Source: Isurus oxyrinchus (lineage: Eukaryota). Taken from it: DNA of 64,000 nt. Both the position numbers and the translations under genes were made by a program. The stretch spans positions 372,001 to 436,000 of the forward strand of contig JANJGN010000150.1 of assembly GCA_026770705.1 (NCBI GenBank). Reading direction: 5' to 3'. This document shows, one piece after another, positions 61,199 through 64,000 of the stretch. Every line of letters begins with the position of its first letter. Within the stretch, counting starts at the first letter, position 1. Under the pieces are notes generated by a model, which was not told the DNA's origin, did no database searches, and saw nothing but the letters and a program-made list of their open reading frames with translations.

Positions 61199-61315
61199 AA
61201 GAAAGATGAGAAGGATCTGGAAATGAAATCTAACCGCGGAGTCAGTCCTGATACAGATGATGATCTTTACGCAAACTGTGAATTTGCCAAGGATTCTGTT
61301 TATGGGAATTTATAA
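61199..61315 (+). pseudogene. Orphan terminal cytoplasmic exon with tyrosine motifs: KKDEKDLEMKSNRGVSPDTDDDLYANCEFAKDSVYGNL*
   Basis: Acceptor TTTCTGTTTCTATTACAG, open phase-0 frame to TAA; acidic DDDLYAN and ITIM-consensus SVYGNL; no upstream plus-strand TM exon found. Confidence 0.65.
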
Positions 61316-62394
61316 ACTGAGCAAGAATGAGACACACACAGTGTGGGGAGAATACAGAACGGGAGAATCATTCAAAACTCCAATTTACCTTCCTAATATC
61401 CACAGGAACTCACTCCCAGGAAATAGATTTAAACCTCTTGTTACAATCTGATGGAATTTCTTCGGAATGATCTATCCAGGATGATTGTCTGTGGGTTTCA
61501 ATTCGAACATCCTCCTTCAGAATTGTCCCTCCCTGTTGGAAACATCCTTCTCTCCATTCTGATTGTAAATGTCTTTAGATATCGTTCGATGATGTACCAG
61601 GACAGAACGGACAAATTCAATCCCGTGTCCGTGATTATGAGTTAATTTTCATTCTGTTATTCACCTTCCTGTCTGTCAGTGTTTACAGAATATTCATCAG
61701 CCAGTGTAGACTTCAGGAAATGCAGGATCGGTGGATAATTGGACCAGAGCAGATCCCTACAATTTATTCACCATTTTGCAGTCAAACATATGTTCAGAGA
61801 ACATGTGTATTTTATGAGTTATTGTTTAATATTAAACTAATCGCAGCCTGGGAAAGGGAAACAATTTGATTGGAGAATTGGTAGACTTCCGACAACACAG
61901 AGGAAAACAGGTGTGCTACAGTGCCAGCACTGGTGGGAGGATGTCATTACAGCGTGACATGTTTACATTGATGTTGCCAATGTCATTGTGAACAGAGGGA
62001 GCTATGATGTGAAAAGTTGCTTGCAAATGTACGTTTTTCACTGTATCCTGGATGGCTGAAACAGCTTGGACAACAGAATGAGCTAAAGCTACAACTTACA
62101 ACCATTTCAGTCTTTCAGTTTTTGAAAGAACAATTAGCCTCCATCCTGAAGGCTGAGTGAATGGGCGGACTGTGCGATGTGTTACAGATTTCAGACACCA
62201 ACATCCTCGATCCTGGTTCTGCTCTGTGTTTGATGAAAAGATCCTAACCAGACACATGGATAAAAGATTGGGAAAATAAATAGTCCTCCTGCATTAACCA
62301 GTAACCAGTCACTAACTAAGTTAATCATGTGAGGACAGGATTGTGTTGGAGGCCATTAACCCCAGCATCAAACACATCCTTTGGACTGGCCATT

Positions 62395-63180
62395 TACACA
62401 GAAGAAAGGAGGAGGCCCCATTCAGCCCCTCGAGCCTGTTACACAGCAACAGGAGGAGGCCCATTCAGCTCCTCGAGCCTGTTACACAGGAACAGGAGGA
62501 GGCCCATTCAGCCCCTCAAGCCTGTTACACAGGAACAGGAGGAGGCCCATTCAGCCCCCTCGAGCCTGTTACACAGTAACAGGAGGAGGGCCATTCAGCC
62601 CCCTCGAGCCTGTTACACAGGAACAGGAGGAGGCCCATTCAGCCGCCTCGAGTCTGTTACACAGAAGAAAGGAGGAGGCCATTCAGCCCTTTGAGCCTGT
62701 TACACAGGAACAGGAGGAGGCCCATTCAGCCCCTTGAGCCTGTTACACAGCAACAGGAGGAGGCCCACTCAGCCCCCTCGAGCCTGTTACACAGGAACAG
62801 GAGGAGGCCCACTCAGCCCCCTCGAGCCTGTTACACAGGAACAGGAGGAGGCCCATTCAGCCCCCTCGAGCCTGTTACACAGGAACAGGAAGAGGACCAT
62901 TCAGCCCCCTCAAGCCTGTGACACAGGAACAGGAGGAGGCCCATTCAGCCCATCGAGCCTGTGACAGAGGAACAGGAGGAGGCCCATTCAGCCCATCGAG
63001 CCTATGACACAGGAACAGGAGGAGGCCCATTCAGCCTCTCGAGCTTGTAAGAAAAGAAAAGGAGGAGGCCGTTCAACCCCTTGAGCCTGTTACACATGAA
63101 CATGAGGGGCCCATTCAGCCCCCTCAATCCCATTACACAGGAACAGGAGGAGGCCATTCAGCCCCTCGAGCCTGTTACAT
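62395..63180 (+). repeat. ~43-bp minisatellite, ~18 copies
   Basis: GAGCCTGTTACACAGGAACAGGAGGAGGCCCATTCAGCCCCTC units. Confidence 0.93.
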
Positions 63181-63274
63181 GGGAAAAAGTTTAATCACAT
63201 TCGGACACAGCCTTGGCACTCCAAGGGTTAACAGTTTGCTTTCATACTTTGACAGCAAACACCTCCCACTTTGT

Positions 63275-63487
63275 CTCAAAGTGACACATCCATCCTTTCT
63301 CATTAAATACACAGAGGGAGCGGCACAGGAAGAGGTCATTCAGCCCAAGCAGAGCGTGTGGGCAGTTCCTCCCCAGGCGAGCAGTCGGACAGGTCCTGGG
63401 TAAGTAACGGAACGATTGGAATTCACTTCCACCACCAACACCGTCCTTTGTTGATGTTGTGACTTTATAAAGACAGATTCCAATAAT
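63275..63487 (+). promoter_or_regulatory. Promoter, non-coding exon 1 and intron start of an inverted Siglec-like paralog extending beyond the window
   Basis: Reverse-complement near-identity to 56520-56735 and 44925-45135; donor TGG|GTAAGT at 63400. Confidence 0.75.
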
Positions 63488-63489
63488 TC

Positions 63490-64000
63490 ACAGTCCAGCA
63501 CTCCCTCAGTACTGACCCTCTGACAGTTCAGCACTCCCTCAGTACTGACCCTCTGACAGTTTAGCACTCCCTCAGTACTGACCCTCTGACAGTGCAACAC
63601 TTCCTCAGTACTGACCCTCTGACAGTGCAGCACTCCCTCAGTACTGACCCACCGATAATGCAGCATTCCCTCAGTACTGAACTTCTGGCAGTGCAGCACT
63701 CCCTCAGTACTGACCCACCATTAGTACAGCACTCCCTCAGTACTGACCCTCTGACAGTGCAGCTCTGCCTCAGTACTGACCCTCCGACAGTGCAGCACTC
63801 CCTCAGTACTGTCTCTCCCACAGTGCAGCACTCCCTCAGCATTGACCCTCTGACAGTGCAGCACCCTCTCAGTACTGACCCTCTGACAGTGCAGCACTCA
63901 CTCAGTACTGAACCTATGACAGTTCAGCACTCCCTCAGTACTGACCCTATGACAGTGCATCACTCCCTCAATACTGACCCACTGACAGTGCAGCATTGCC
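63490..64000 (-). repeat. 33-bp minisatellite
   Basis: Tandem CAGTGCAGCACTCCCTCAGTACTGACCCTCTGA units to window end. Confidence 0.93.

Noticed and set aside
5735-61315. One giant plus-strand gene joining the 5.7-6.9 kb leader/V to the 61.2 kb Tyr-motif exon
   Set aside because: The V exon has no donor, no plus-strand C2 or TM exons were found between them, and the hepcidin gene with its poly(A) signal intervenes.

Overview
Eukaryotic, repeat-rich genomic DNA, most likely a shark or other cartilaginous fish. The basis is the Deu-domain SacSINE1/AmnSINE-type SINEs, CR1/L2 LINEs and Penelope-derived palindromic elements; the species is not determinable with certainty. Nearly all long ORFs in the supplied track are repeat artefacts, and the real genes are spliced and had to be built from exons. 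(1) A three-exon hepcidin (HAMP)-like gene on + (12459-17450) that the ORF track misses. It has a TATA box and GGCGCC BMP-type element, an atypical 29-aa 8-Cys mature peptide, and an apparent 1-nt frameshift in exon 1. (2) A rapidly evolving Siglec-like (MAG/CD22/CD33-type) cluster. It includes one intact minus-strand activating-type receptor (SP-V-C2-C2-TM with Arg-short tail, 375 aa; 56166-48201). It also includes a deletion-fused unit that can splice in frame to SP-V-C2-V-V-C2-TM(Arg) (44559-25108), a divergent plus-strand Siglec pseudogene cut just before the sialic-acid-binding Arg (5735-6888), an orphan tyrosine-motif tail exon (61199-61315) and the 5' end of an inverted paralog (~63300). 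HAMP next to Siglec genes mirrors the mammalian USF2-HAMP-MAG-CD22 neighbourhood. The rest is CR1, L2, Gypsy, SINE fragments, TE-derived minisatellites, microsatellites and two N gaps.
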